Of a stretch of 64,000 nt of DNA, positions 62,702 to 64,000 are shown piece by piece. The notes below the pieces were generated by a model. It did not search any database, was not told the DNA's origin, and saw only the letters and a list, made by a program, of their open reading frames with translations. Each line of letters begins with the position of its first letter. The first letter of the stretch is position 1. The position numbers were made by a program, and so were the translations under genes. Origin of the DNA: Ruditapes philippinarum (taxonomy: Eukaryota); the NCBI RefSeq assembly GCF_026571515.1, contig NW_026857798.1, positions 1-64,000 on the forward strand, read 5' to 3'.

Positions 62702-64000
62702 TTGTTATGCTTTGGGTGAAAAATATGGCAATTTCCTTCACATCTGTTACCTGTCGTAGACATGAAAAGAGACTTATTAGATTAAACAATGTCAACAGTT
62801 CTTAAATTCATCATTCATTATTCTAAAACTGGCCTTAAAGTGAAAGCATGATGAAAACTTTGCAAGACACTTTTATGCTAGATTTTTTTAAATTTTTAAA
62901 TGTGTAGTAATATCTTTGGAAACTTAGCAAGATACCTTTTTGATCTTTAAATGTTTAGTAGAATCTTATGTCAAATTTTGAGGATGAATGATTTAATCTA
63001 TTCTTTTGTTGCATAAATCTAATATATCAACACTTAATGTAACCTCTATAGGACTGCACCTCTTTGCAACAACCTTGTCACCTTTGTCTCCATTCCAAAA
63101 GGGTGTTGCTCAACAGGGGTTATACAGTATTTTATGAATCTTTATCAATTTGGAGATCACAGATTCACCCAATTACGCATCCTTTATGAACTATTTTATC
63201 CTTAATGCATTTTCATCACTAGATCATGTATAAGATTTTACATGCTCAAATGATGACTTAAAAGACTGACCAGAGTTACTGATAAGCACATTTCTTCCCT
63301 CTATATGTGATCCTAAAAATGATTGTAGATGATAAAATATTGATAAAACTTCAACTTCTTAGTGTAAATCTTTTTAAGCCTTACAATTATTTCAACAAAA
63401 TCCATGATAAAACCATATCAATGTATTGCTGAAAACAACGTCATTCTCTTTATAATGCTGTGAATAATTTAAAACCACTTTTATATCATTTTTCTACAGA
63501 CAGTTTATGATCGTCTTATATACTAAGTCAACACAACGTTTGCCGATAAACTAGGGGAGATATCAACTTTTAGCACGGTTTGAAAAAACAACTTTCAAAA
63601 TTTCAACAGTCAAGGCTTTTTTATAATTCTGAAAAGTTAATTCTGTAAAACGCAACACCTTCTTGCACACTATGGACTTTATCAGCAATATAAGTAATAG
63701 AAAGAGCATCGAAACGCGAGGCTATCTGATTTGTACGAGAAGTGGTAGCACCCGAGTATTAATCAGATTGCAGAGTGTTTTGATGTTCTTTCTCTTTCGT
63801 ATTATAGTCAAACATGAAAACATGTTCCCTGTTGCCACAATATGAACCCCGGAAAAAAGTAATCAATGGACGAGCATCTGAATGTGATATTCTATCGCTT
63901 TCCCTTTCCCTGTCGTCACAATAAGAAAACCCCAAGCAAAAATGAGCCAATCAATGGACATGCTCTGGAGTGCGGGTAACTAATACCTGCATTCCAGTTT

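Noticed and set aside
63885-63960. ISRE-like gctttccctttccc and CCAAT near the window end
   Set aside because: Short motifs in what looks like repeat-derived sequence, with no linked gene inside the window.

Overview
AT-rich animal genomic DNA, not prokaryotic; the repeat families and the gene family suggest a bivalve mollusc (inference). The core is a cluster of intronless-ORF, RING-less TRIM-like genes (2 B-boxes + coiled coil + NHL/beta-propeller). It comprises two intact copies in divergent orientation (35958-37712 minus, 52412-54163 plus), a propeller-only copy (1311-2165), a copy lacking B-box 1 with a late frameshift (61226-62701), a multiply broken pseudogene (10686-12390) and a 115-bp relic of a sixth copy (35770-35884). 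Between paralogs the coiled coil and propeller strands are nearly invariant, while the two loop classes that form one propeller face differ in almost every copy. This pattern suggests a diversifying ligand-recognition (possibly immune) family evolving by birth and death, with domain loss at microhomologies. The intergenic DNA is mostly transposons. It includes a near-full-length LINE (RTEX-like) whose ORF2 follows ORF1 in frame after one TAG with no ATG, and a decayed Crypton-type tyrosine recombinase. It also holds many Helentron-associated (HINE-like) elements carrying ~140-175 bp tandem arrays, nested TIR MITEs with readable TSDs, and a tRNA-derived SINE. Two Sushi/CCP exon relics, one split by a 1.3-kb insertion, are missed by the ORF track. 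All calls are by eye; no searches or alignments were run and repeat boundaries are approximate.
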